From NCBI GenBank assembly GCA_964605455.1, contig CAZSCZ010000001.1:1-46668 (forward strand): 46,668 bases of DNA. The letters run 5' to 3'. The notes below the pieces were generated by a model that was not told where the DNA came from, made no database searches, and saw only the letters and a list, made by a program, of their open reading frames with translations. Both the position numbers and the translations under genes were made by a program. This DNA is from an uncultured Spirochaetia bacterium (GTDB lineage Bacteria; Spirochaetota; JAHITG01; JAFGFC01). Position 1 is the stretch's first letter. Each line of letters starts with the position of its first letter. This document shows, in pieces, positions 1-8,225 of the stretch.

Positions 1-545
1 ACAATTACACTGGAGAGCCTGTTTTTAAGGTTACGAAGAAGGAACGAACAGCCAATTTCTGGCGAACGTGGAAAGAAGAGATAAATACAAAAGAAGTTGT
101 TCATATCATAGAAGATGCTGATGGAAATATTTATGTAAAGGAATATGGGGAGACAGATTATATATATTTATATTCAAAAAAAGAGTATGACTTTGAGCCT
201 GAAACTCTTCTTTCTGATATGAGAAATGGAAAAAATTTTAAGAAAATAAAATTTGATGGATTTAAAATAAGTTATCTTTTAGATATAGAGACTTTGTTAG
301 GGTTTGACAAAGATAATAATTTATATGTTAGAGTTAATGATAGTTTTATTGGAGCAATTAAAACAGGAAAGGATAAATGGAGATTACTTCAGAGATTTCA
401 GTTTACCAGACAATTTAAAGAAGATAAATTAATAACTTTTTTTGGGCTCTGTCCTGTTTTTATGATTGATATTCATGGAAATATTTATCAATTACAGCAA
501 TATGAAGACCATATAGAGATTATAAAATATAAAAGAAAATGGTGA
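1..545 (+). CDS. Hypothetical protein, 5'-truncated by the window edge. The track ORF 219..545 is only its C-terminal part.
   Basis: Reading by hand, frame 3 is open from nt 3 to the TGA at 543-545. I recognise no domain in the translation. Confidence 0.5.
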   Translation, partial: NYTGEPVFKVTKKERTANFWRTWKEEINTKEVVHIIEDADGNIYVKEYGETDYIYLYSKKEYDFEPETLLSDMRNGKNFKKIKFDGFKISYLLDIETLLGFDKDNNLYVRVNDSFIGAIKTGKDKWRLLQRFQFTRQFKEDKLITFFGLCPVFMIDIHGNIYQLQQYEDHIEIIKYKRKW

Positions 546-550
546 GGAGT

Positions 551-676
551 ATGAATTTTTATAAAAACAAAATAATATTTATTCTGATTTTGACATTGCT
601 AATAATTTTAAGTTTTGATTACACTTCTGCGAGTTGTCTTGGGGGTAGTTTTAGACAAGAGAACATTGTAATCTAA
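551..676 (+). CDS. Possible 41-aa hydrophobic or secreted peptide (MNFYKNKIIFILILTLLIILSFDYTSASCLGGSFRQENIVI)
   Basis: The ATG lies 5 nt after the upstream stop, with GGTGAGGAG just before it. The N-terminal stretch is hydrophobic. It is short and I recognise no homology. Confidence 0.25.
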   Translation: MNFYKNKIIFILILTLLIILSFDYTSASCLGGSFRQENIVI

Positions 677-697
677 ATAGTGTAAATAAATAATAGA

Positions 698-746
698 AAA
701 GTTGTGTAGGAGGGACGGTGCACAACTTTGTTAATTTTTTGAGTAA
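698..746 (+). repeat. Perfect 9-bp-stem hairpin (AAAGTTGTG / CACAACTTT, 14-nt GC-rich loop). It overlaps copy 1 (710-746) of a roughly 37-bp sequence that recurs inverted at 44499-44535.
   Basis: Direct reading shows GAGGGACGGTGCACAACTTT at 710-729, the exact reverse complement of 44516-44535. Similarity continues for about 17 more nt. Confidence 0.8.
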
Positions 747-1155
747 GTGCAGGAACGGTAACCGGATAGTTTAGTTGTGTTAGAAACCTTATCAGGTTTA
801 GATTTTCTTGACAAGTTGCCAGATGATATAGAGTAGAGGATTGAGTAAAGGGAACAAAGAAATATAAAGTTTTGGATTAGTGGGAATTGGTTTTCAATAA
901 AAAATTAAATATTTATGTTTAAGATAGAATTACAATTCAAAGAGTGATAGCAATTAAAGAACTCATTGAGGTGTTGGGAGCGGGTTCTGAAGTAATGTAG
1001 AAGGTGCTAAGATATTTAAGGGAAAAGATACAGATAAATGAAATTTTGTTTTTTAAAAAAACTTGTTAAAAATAATCTGTCAAAAGTTGTGATTTTGCAG
1101 AGGTAAAAATAAGACTCAATATTATAATTATTGTTATATTTACAATAATACTATT

Positions 1156-1196
1156 TGATAGGTGGCGAGTGGACGAAGGCGGTGGTCTTGAAAACC
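1156..1196 (+). pseudogene. tRNA-Ser(UGA) 5' half: degenerate acceptor strand, D-arm, anticodon stem and loop. No T-arm or 3' acceptor strand follows.
   Basis: GGTGGCGAGTGGACGAAGGCG matches the class-II tRNA D-arm consensus GGTGGCCGAGYGGNCGAAGGCG minus one C. It is followed by GTGGT-CTTGAAA-ACC, the universal Ser-UGA anticodon loop. Confidence 0.5.
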
Positions 1197-1292
1197 AATT
1201 ATCGTAAATTTAAGCAAAGAATTGGTATTTTGTCATTTCTGCCCCTGCTTCCGCCGTGATGACATATTAAAGGGCTTAAGTTTACGATAATG
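1197..1292. mobile_element. 96-bp MITE-like insert, or possibly an integrase att scar. It has 18-bp terminal inverted repeats and is flanked by a 10-bp direct repeat CTTGAAAACC (1187-1196 and 1293-1302).
   Basis: AATTATCGTAAATTTAAG (1197-1214) pairs with the reverse complement of CTTAAGTTTACGATAATG (1275-1292) at 16/18. There is an inner hairpin TGTCAT/ATGACA. The flanking 10-mers are identical. Confidence 0.45.
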
Positions 1293-1512
1293 CTTGAAAA
1301 CCGCTGTAACTCAATCTAACATCTTAAAAAATATTCAGTTTTCTTTAAAAAATCCGCAAAATTGCTCTTTTTGTGCCAGAAAAGCCCGAGATTCCATTAT
1401 TTTTGTTATATTTTTTTATACTGATTTATATGCACTTGTGATGATTTGGCAAATTTTCTGTAAAAATATGTCAAAAAGAATTTTAGAATAAATTTTTTGT
1501 AAAATAAAAAGA

Positions 1513-1541
1513 TTGACATTTTTTTATTTTTTGTTTAATAT
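1513..1541 (+). promoter_or_regulatory. Sigma-70-type promoter TTGACA-17-TAATAT upstream of the TIGR04255-like gene
   Basis: Hexamers read directly. The ATG at 1558 lies about 17 nt downstream of the -10 element. Confidence 0.4.
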
Positions 1542-1557
1542 ATTGAAGTAAAATGTT

Positions 1558-2265
1558 ATGAAAAGAAGCAAAGAAATCTATAAAAATGCTCCACTTGTGG
1601 AGACAGTTTTTGAAATAAGGTTCAATATAAATCTTGCTATAGGATGTCAAATAGATAAGTTCTACGAAAAAATAAAAAAAGTATATTCCGAAATTTTAAT
1701 ACCTAAATTAATTAATAGAAAACCTTCTACATTATAACCGTACAGATTTGAGCGGAAAGATGGAAAATCTGGAGTTATGCTTGCTATAAATAAAATAGCA
1801 TTTTATTGCAAAAAGTACGAAGGATTTGAATTATTTAAAAAAGAGGCGTTGAGGGTATTTTCTATCTTTTATGAATTATTTAAAATAAAAAAGCTTACAC
1901 GAACAGGGCTACGATATATAAATATAATACCCTTTATACGAGAAAATAATATTATTCCTATAAATAACTTTTTAAATATTCAAATAAATTTACCAAAATC
2001 AATTCCTACTAATTTTACGAATTTAGCTATAATATTTGTATCACAAACAAAAGGTGGTAGTATAACTACCCGTATAGAACCCGTAATCTCTAAAGACAGG
2101 ACACAAGAAGCAATTATTCTTGATTTTGATTATGCAAAAGAAAAAGATTTATATTTTTATAAAATAGAAGAATATCTTGACGAGAGCCATAAATATACTA
2201 AATATTTATTTGAAGAATTGATAACAGAAGATTATAAAAAAGTAATGAGAGGGGAGGTAATATAA
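1558..2265 (+). pseudogene. TIGR04255-family protein interrupted by one in-frame TAA at 1735-1737. The track ORF 1777..2265 is the distal part.
   Basis: The ATG at 1558 gives MKRSKEIYKNAPLVETVFEIRF..., the N-terminal signature of this family as I recall it. It is in the same frame as 1777..2265, and the only interruption is TAA after ...KPSTL. Confidence 0.55.
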
Positions 2266-2697
2266 ATGAATGCTTCTATGATTCAGGAGAATTATGATTT
2301 AAGGAACGAGCGTTTTATGGAAATTCCTCAAAATTATAGTAGTATAGTTAGTCACAGAGTTGATACAGCTTGGGAGATTGACCCAGTACAGATTTTTGAA
2401 CAAAACACGTATGACTTTATCTATTTATCATTATGGAAGATAAATATAAATAGAAAGATATATTATACCCCAAAACCTATATCTGTAATGATATATCGTG
2501 ATGGAGAATTCTATTTTGCTGAAAATGAAAACCTTGCAGTCTGTGGTACTGGTAATACACTTGAAAATGCGATAAAAGATTTTTGTTTACATATAATTCA
2601 TTTTTACAATTACTATAAAAAAATAGATAAGAATAAGTTGATAGGGGATGCCCTAAGGTTAAAGAGACTTTATAATAAATTATTTATAGAAAAGTAA
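2266..2697 (+). CDS. Hypothetical protein, possibly a HicB-like antitoxin fold
   Basis: It abuts the previous stop (TAA-ATG). The segment LAVCGTGNTLENAIKDFCLHI resembles the HicB/UPF0150 core motif G-x-G-x-T-x-E-E-A. Confidence 0.4.
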   Translation: MNASMIQENYDLRNERFMEIPQNYSSIVSHRVDTAWEIDPVQIFEQNTYDFIYLSLWKININRKIYYTPKPISVMIYRDGEFYFAENENLAVCGTGNTLENAIKDFCLHIIHFYNYYKKIDKNKLIGDALRLKRLYNKLFIEK

Positions 2698-2699
2698 TA

Positions 2700-2984
2700 A
2701 TGCAGATAGATAGAAGAGAAATTGAATCAAGTCTTTTATCAAAAGGATTTGTAAGAGAAGATACACATCATAGATACTTTTACCATAAATATAAAGGTAA
2801 AAGGACAGGTATTTATACTTATACATTGCGTGGAAAAAAATATAAAACATATATAACACCTCTTCTTCAAAGAATGAAAAAGGAATTGCGGTTAGATACA
2901 ATAAAACAGGTTATTGATTTATATAAATGTCCCATTTCAAAAGAAGATTATAACAACATATTAAAGGAAAAAGGCATTATTTAG
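2700..2984 (+). CDS. Small basic protein (94 aa), possibly the toxin partner of the preceding gene (HicA-like layout)
   Basis: There is a 2-nt gap to the upstream gene. The protein is Lys/Arg-rich with a GK-x-TGIYTYT..RGKKYK core. The functional call is from gene order and weak motif memory only. Confidence 0.3.
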   Translation: MQIDRREIESSLLSKGFVREDTHHRYFYHKYKGKRTGIYTYTLRGKKYKTYITPLLQRMKKELRLDTIKQVIDLYKCPISKEDYNNILKEKGII

Positions 2985-3004
2985 AATTATTTTAATAGAC
3001 TTCA

Positions 3005-3367
3005 ATGAAAAAGATATTTAACATAATCTTTATTTTATTTTTCTGCTTTTCAATTTCCTGTATAGCAGAAAATGAACATATCAAATATGGAATACCAAGT
3101 AGGAATGGCACAATACTTTACAGAACAGGATTTGTATTATTGCATAACAATGAAAAGAAAATGCCATTATGGGTTTCATATCATTATTTCGGGAGTTAAA
3201 CGAAGATTGTTTTAGAGAAGATAGGTAAGAATGAGGTATGGATACCCATAGATTTTTATAAGATAATTATATTTAAAGACAAAATAAATGCGATAGTCTT
3301 TATAATACCAAACAAGACGATAAATTGTTGCTGTTTTGTTTTATTAAATTGCAGGTATATTGTTTAA
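3005..3367 (+). pseudogene. Remnant of a DNA/RNA non-specific endonuclease (NucA/EndoG family), with an in-frame TAA at 3197-3199 and the catalytic core deleted
   Basis: The N-terminal part has a signal peptide plus GIPSRNGTILYRTGFVLLHNNEKKMPLWVSYH. After the stop the same frame continues VWIPIDFYKIIIFKDKINAIVFIIPNK, which is typical of the C-terminus. The total is about 120 codons against more than 250 expected. Confidence 0.6.
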
Positions 3368-3385
3368 GATAAGATAGCGTCTATC

Positions 3386-5560
3386 TTATTCCATCCACAT
3401 AAATGATTCAAAATGTTCAGGTGGTGCTTTAAAGTAGATATATCCGTCATAGGGAAGTGTCTCAACTATTTTATCTCTTTTTAACACTTCAATAAAAAAA
3501 TAGACTTCATCTTTATAATTTATATCAATTTTCTCAAATGGTATGCCTAATTCAACAATATCATTAATTTTAATATTATTTAATTTATTAATTACTTTTT
3601 TTTCTTTTGATAAAATCGTATAATAAAGATTTTCTTTTTTTATTAATGGGAAAATAATTTTATTACGTTCAGGCCTAATAAAGTTTATCTTTAATTTAAA
3701 TATTTTTGCGTTCAATATTTTTTCTTTATCCTCAAGGTCAAATCTAAAGAACAGTTCTCTGCCATTATATCCATAATATATTTCTTTAATAAATCTTTTT
3801 GTAGACCGAGCCATTGTGGTTCCAATTTTAGGGGTATATTTAACAGCCCCCCACCATTCAAAATAGCTATTTACTTTTCCATCAACAAGTGGATTAAGAA
3901 CACCCTTGGGTTGAGTAATATTTGTTACTTTTGCTTTTTCACTAATAGGTATATTCAGCTCTTCTAATAGTGAAGAGTCTAATAAATAAAAAATATTTCT
4001 TAAATGTTTTCTGAACAAATAATCAAACTCCTCATCATTTTCAGTTGTAAAATGGTCGCCATACCACCAGAACCAGTCAGAACCTTCGGATTGATATAAT
4101 TCTTCCCATGCTTTTTCAATTTTTTGTTTATCATAATCGGGATTTTCTTTTTCAAAATTTATTAAAAATTTTCTTGTCTTATTTAATAAAGTCCAAGCCT
4201 TATTTTCTTCTTCTTTGCCAATCCAGATATCAAAATTATGATTAATCCAGGAACCTGTATAAATTTTTGATAATTTACCATAATTATTGTACTTATCTAT
4301 ATATTCATTAAAGGTTACAGATTCTAAATGTTTATCTTTTTCAATAAGGCTATAAATAGTATTTAAAAATTCTTCTCCACTATCGTAGTAGTATTCCCAC
4401 GCATTTTCGCCGTCAAGGATAATGGAGACAATATAGTCATTATTATCATTTTTTAAGTAATTATAAATATTTTTTAAATGGCTATACAAATCATTGGCTG
4501 CATCTACTCCAGATAATTTAGAATACTTAAAACCTATATTATCAGAAAGCTCTTGGTCTCTAAAAAAGATATAAATTTCTTTACCATTAAAGTCCATTTT
4601 ATATGGCTTATAAAGAGTTTTTCTTTTATCCTGAACAATATTATTTAATGAATTAAACAGGATTTTTTCATCTGTGGCAACCCAATGAATATTATTTTCT
4701 GCAAATAACCGAATAATATCATTACTAACAGAACCCTCAGAGGGCCACATTCCATTTAGTTTTTTCTGGAATTTTTCTTCATAGTATTGTTTAGCTTTTA
4801 TTATCTGTGAGGCAGCGTCATCTGGTGCTTTGAATGGTTCAGAAGGCAATTCTATATTGGGCATACATTCTAAGGCTAATTGATTATTATATATCAGAGG
4901 AAGAATAGGATGATAAAAAGGTGAAACAGAGATTTCAATTTTGTTGGTATCCTGATATCTTTTATACATAGGGATAATTCTTTTTAATATTTCCAATTGA
5001 AATTTAAGAAGCTTTTCTTTTTCTTCCTGTGTAAAATTCCGTGCTTTTTGAATCAGTTCTTGCAAAAATTTTTCTTCTTTTATTAAAGAAAATCCAAACC
5101 ATCCAAGATTAAACCATACCTGAAGGTCCATAAAATCTTGATTTGTAAAAAGATTAATTGCTTCTTTTAATATATTTTTATTAACTTGATATCCTCTCTT
5201 ATATAATAACTCATCATACCGTGCACATTTGTTAATTACAGTAGTATAATTAATCATAAAGAATTTGGAGAGTATAAAAATTTTTTCATCGTAATTTAAA
5301 TCGCTTGGATGTTTTAAACTTAATTTATAGTATTTGTCAGTATTATTTTGTTCCAAATATTTTTCAATTTGAAGTAGAAGCGAAGGTGTAAGATTAAAGT
5401 TTACTTTTATATTTGGGTGATTATCAAGAATTTTTAACATATCATAATAGCCACGAGTAGCGTGAAGTCTTACCCAGGGCATCAAAAATTCGTGTGTGGT
5501 TTCATCAAAATAATATGGTTGATGCATATGCCATAAAAAAGCAACTTTCAGTTTTTTCAT
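3386..5560 (-). CDS. Glycoside hydrolase family 57 protein (alpha-amylase / 4-alpha-glucanotransferase type with a C-terminal extension)
   Basis: N-terminus VAFLWHMHQPYY...PWVRLHATRGYYDM and the internal GENAWEYY and SDWFWWYGD motifs are typical of GH57. Confidence 0.85.
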   Translation of the reverse strand: MKKLKVAFLWHMHQPYYFDETTHEFLMPWVRLHATRGYYDMLKILDNHPNIKVNFNLTPSLLLQIEKYLEQNNTDKYYKLSLKHPSDLNYDEKIFILSKFFMINYTTVINKCARYDELLYKRGYQVNKNILKEAINLFTNQDFMDLQVWFNLGWFGFSLIKEEKFLQELIQKARNFTQEEKEKLLKFQLEILKRIIPMYKRYQDTNKIEISVSPFYHPILPLIYNNQLALECMPNIELPSEPFKAPDDAASQIIKAKQYYEEKFQKKLNGMWPSEGSVSNDIIRLFAENNIHWVATDEKILFNSLNNIVQDKRKTLYKPYKMDFNGKEIYIFFRDQELSDNIGFKYSKLSGVDAANDLYSHLKNIYNYLKNDNNDYIVSIILDGENAWEYYYDSGEEFLNTIYSLIEKDKHLESVTFNEYIDKYNNYGKLSKIYTGSWINHNFDIWIGKEEENKAWTLLNKTRKFLINFEKENPDYDKQKIEKAWEELYQSEGSDWFWWYGDHFTTENDEEFDYLFRKHLRNIFYLLDSSLLEELNIPISEKAKVTNITQPKGVLNPLVDGKVNSYFEWWGAVKYTPKIGTTMARSTKRFIKEIYYGYNGRELFFRFDLEDKEKILNAKIFKLKINFIRPERNKIIFPLIKKENLYYTILSKEKKVINKLNNIKINDIVELGIPFEKIDINYKDEVYFFIEVLKRDKIVETLPYDGYIYFKAPPEHFESFMWME

Positions 5561-5579
5561 TATCTTCCTCCAATTTTAT

Positions 5580-6608
5580 TTATATCACTTTTAAATATTT
5601 TGCAGCCTCTTCTGGAAAGGTTGGATTAATATAAAAGTCACTTGCCCATTCAAAGCCAATCTCTTTTGTGATAACAGGTATAATAATGAAACTCCAATGA
5701 AAGTCTTGCTCTATACTCTCCCAGTATCCTTTTTTGGGAAATTTAATGGGGCCATTATATAATACATAACGATAATTAGTAGTAGATAAAGCTTTTGCCA
5801 ACTTTTCTTTAATTACATTAAATATTTCAGCTAAGGATTTTAATTCTTCATCAGATATATTGATATAATTCCAGCTATGCTTTAATGGTAGAATCATCAC
5901 TTCAAATGGGAAGCGTGAAGCATAGGGTGTTAATGCGATAAAATTTTTATTTGTATATACAATACGTTCATCTAATTTTTGTTCCAGCTTAATTAAATCG
6001 CAATAAATACATCGTTCTTTTAAATCATAATATTCGAGAGCGGTTTTTAATCTGGTAGTAATTTCAGTTGGCACAACAGGCATAGCAACAATATTGGAAT
6101 GAGGATGAGAGAGAATAGTGCCTGTTAATTTTCCATAATTTTTGTAAACCAGAATATATTTAAACCTTTTATCATTTCTTAAATCTTTGATTCGTTCTCT
6201 GATGGCTTTAAAAACTAAAGATAACTGCTCATTATCAAGTTTATCACTATGAGTAGGGGATTCAATTACAACCTCATGTGCACCAATAGGATTCATTTTA
6301 TCATATAAGCCAATTCCTTCAAGTCCAAGTTCACCTTCTATTTTTAAAATAGGAAACCTATGAGGGACTACGCGGACTTTCCAATTAGGTTTATTGGGTT
6401 GGTTATCTCTTATAGCGTATATTTCAGGAGGTGTCATATATTCATTACCTTCACATAGAGGGCAGAACTTTTGCTGTTCATTAATACAAATATTACTATT
6501 TTCCTCTAATTTTTCATTATAGTGAAAGCTTTTTACCTGCCTGATTCCATATTCGCTTCCACAAAGAACCCATCGCTTGGTTAAAGGGTCTCGTCTCATC
6601 TCTGACAT
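5580..6608 (-). CDS. GalT-family (HIT superfamily) hexose-1-phosphate nucleotidyltransferase
   Basis: CPLCEGNE zinc-knuckle-like motif, HRFP, and an HPHSN active-site motif aligning to the GalT HPHGQ. Confidence 0.75.
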   Translation of the reverse strand: MSEMRRDPLTKRWVLCGSEYGIRQVKSFHYNEKLEENSNICINEQQKFCPLCEGNEYMTPPEIYAIRDNQPNKPNWKVRVVPHRFPILKIEGELGLEGIGLYDKMNPIGAHEVVIESPTHSDKLDNEQLSLVFKAIRERIKDLRNDKRFKYILVYKNYGKLTGTILSHPHSNIVAMPVVPTEITTRLKTALEYYDLKERCIYCDLIKLEQKLDERIVYTNKNFIALTPYASRFPFEVMILPLKHSWNYINISDEELKSLAEIFNVIKEKLAKALSTTNYRYVLYNGPIKFPKKGYWESIEQDFHWSFIIIPVITKEIGFEWASDFYINPTFPEEAAKYLKVI

Positions 6609-6623
6609 ATCGTAACCTTCCTT

Positions 6624-8207
6624 TCATAAATAAATTTTAAAATCAATCTCTTGAAATATACTATTTTTTTCTTCAATTTCACTTAAATATTTATAATCAA
6701 TAAAATTATTTTTTAAATCATAATATAACTTATTAAAATTAAAAATATGCTCTTTTACTCTTTTTATAGCATATTCAACAGTTGTTTCAGTGCTTATTAT
6801 AAATGGCCAATCACTACTCTGGGCTAAAAGCAGTTCTCTTGCCATTTGATTTAATACACGTCTTTCATCCGGCGAAGGATTGCGTTTTTCTTTTACAATG
6901 TTTTCCATTTTTTCTATTGCATTATGTAGGTAATATAGAATCCATTCGTTTTTACCATTTACCCAGACTTCAGAATAACCATTATAACCCCAGGATGAAA
7001 AATTAGGTGTAATTACCTGGTTGACAGGAAATTTTCTTAAATATTTGACAGGAGTTATTAATTTGACAATATTTTGGTCATAATGAATTTTTTTGATTAA
7101 ATAATACAAAAATTCTGGTCCTTCATACCACCAATGTCCAAAAAGTTCAGCATCATAAGGTGATACAATAACAGGTGGTCGGTCCATTTGTGTATTTAAA
7201 TATTCTACTTGTTTTGTCCGATTAAATAAAAAATTACCAGCATGTTCAGATGCTTTATCAATTGCAGCTTCTCTATTATAAGGTTCTTTATACTCTGTTT
7301 TTCCTGTGATTTTGTAATATTTATATCCTGTTTGAACTCTTAAATTCTCTGATGGTAAAAACTCCTTTAGATAATCTAATGGTAATTCAAAACCAATATC
7401 TCTATAAAATTCCCTATAATTAAAATCTCCTGGGTAGCCTTCAATAGCAGACCATACCTGTTTAGCTGTTTCAATATCTCTACCAAAAGCAGCTACACCA
7501 GAAGGTGTATATATAGGTGCATATACTCCATAAACTGGTCTTGGGTCGCCATACAATATTCCATGAGTTTCAAGGAAGAAAAAACGGATATTTTCATCAG
7601 CCAAGAATTGATCGCAACCTTCAAAATATCCACTTTCAGCAAGCCAGATGCCTTTAGGCTCTTTGCCAAAATGCTTTAAGTAATTTCTTTTAGCAGCTCT
7701 AATAGCAGCACGTATGGCGGATGGCTCAAAAAGAAAATTTGGTAAAAAAATATGAGTGCCTGTGCTGGTTATAATTTCTAAATGTCCTGATTCCTGTAAG
7801 GCTCTATACCCATTTATTAGATTTTTGTTATATTTATTAACAAAATCTTCTCTCTGTTGTAAAAATTTATTATAATAATGCAATGCAATAAAATAAAATC
7901 GTTCATCCCCTCTTGTTCGTTTTACCTCTTTTTCTCCTAACTTTATTAAGTTTTCAATATGTTTTAATGTCTTTTCCTGTAATAATGGGTCGGCAAACAT
8001 CTCTGCTAATGTTGGAGTTATAGAAATAGTTAATTCAAAAGGAATATTTTCCTTTATAAGATTTTCAAAACAAGATAGAAGAGGTAAATAAGTTTCTGTT
8101 ATTGCTTCAAAAAACCAACGCTCTTCTAAAAATTCAGGATATTCAGGATGTTTAATAAAAGGTAAATGATGATGAAGTATTAACATAAGATAACCCTGTG
8201 GTTCCAT
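6624..8207 (-). CDS. GH57 1,4-alpha-glucan branching enzyme (DUF1957-type)
   Basis: LMLILHHHLPFIKHPEYPEFLEERWFFEAITETYLPLL, ELFGHWWYEGPEFL and SSDWPF are hallmarks of the Thermus/Thermococcus-type GH57 branching enzymes. Confidence 0.85.
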   Translation of the reverse strand: MEPQGYLMLILHHHLPFIKHPEYPEFLEERWFFEAITETYLPLLSCFENLIKENIPFELTISITPTLAEMFADPLLQEKTLKHIENLIKLGEKEVKRTRGDERFYFIALHYYNKFLQQREDFVNKYNKNLINGYRALQESGHLEIITSTGTHIFLPNFLFEPSAIRAAIRAAKRNYLKHFGKEPKGIWLAESGYFEGCDQFLADENIRFFFLETHGILYGDPRPVYGVYAPIYTPSGVAAFGRDIETAKQVWSAIEGYPGDFNYREFYRDIGFELPLDYLKEFLPSENLRVQTGYKYYKITGKTEYKEPYNREAAIDKASEHAGNFLFNRTKQVEYLNTQMDRPPVIVSPYDAELFGHWWYEGPEFLYYLIKKIHYDQNIVKLITPVKYLRKFPVNQVITPNFSSWGYNGYSEVWVNGKNEWILYYLHNAIEKMENIVKEKRNPSPDERRVLNQMARELLLAQSSDWPFIISTETTVEYAIKRVKEHIFNFNKLYYDLKNNFIDYKYLSEIEEKNSIFQEIDFKIYL

Positions 8208-8225
8208 AATTTCCTCCAGTTTTTA

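Noticed and set aside
698-1100. A degenerate CRISPR array or tracr-like element suggested by the recurring AGTTGTG motifs
   Set aside because: There are only three short motif hits at irregular spacing (about 70 and 310 bp). There is no repeat-spacer periodicity and there are no cas genes.
1243-1256. CTGCTTCCGCC inside the 96-bp element, which resembles the 3' end (acceptor strand plus discriminator plus CC) of a tRNA-Ser
   Set aside because: It is too short, and it is not complementary to the putative 5' acceptor strand at 1156-1162. No T-arm precedes it. It could be chance or a second scar, so I did not call it as a feature.
1294-1491. A 65-aa plus-strand ORF in the long non-coding gap
   Set aside because: It has no RBS, and it begins inside the second CTTGAAAACC repeat of the tRNA relic. 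Its composition is low-complexity and I recognise no motif. It is probably a chance ORF.
677-1557. A known housekeeping RNA (tmRNA, RNase P RNA, SRP RNA or 6S) in the long gap
   Set aside because: I could not find the hallmark motifs by eye: no GGAAAGUCCGGGC (RNase P), no tRNA-Ala-like ends or tag ORF (tmRNA), and no proper SRP helix-8 GGAA/AGCA arrangement. A 6S-like fold cannot be excluded without folding software.
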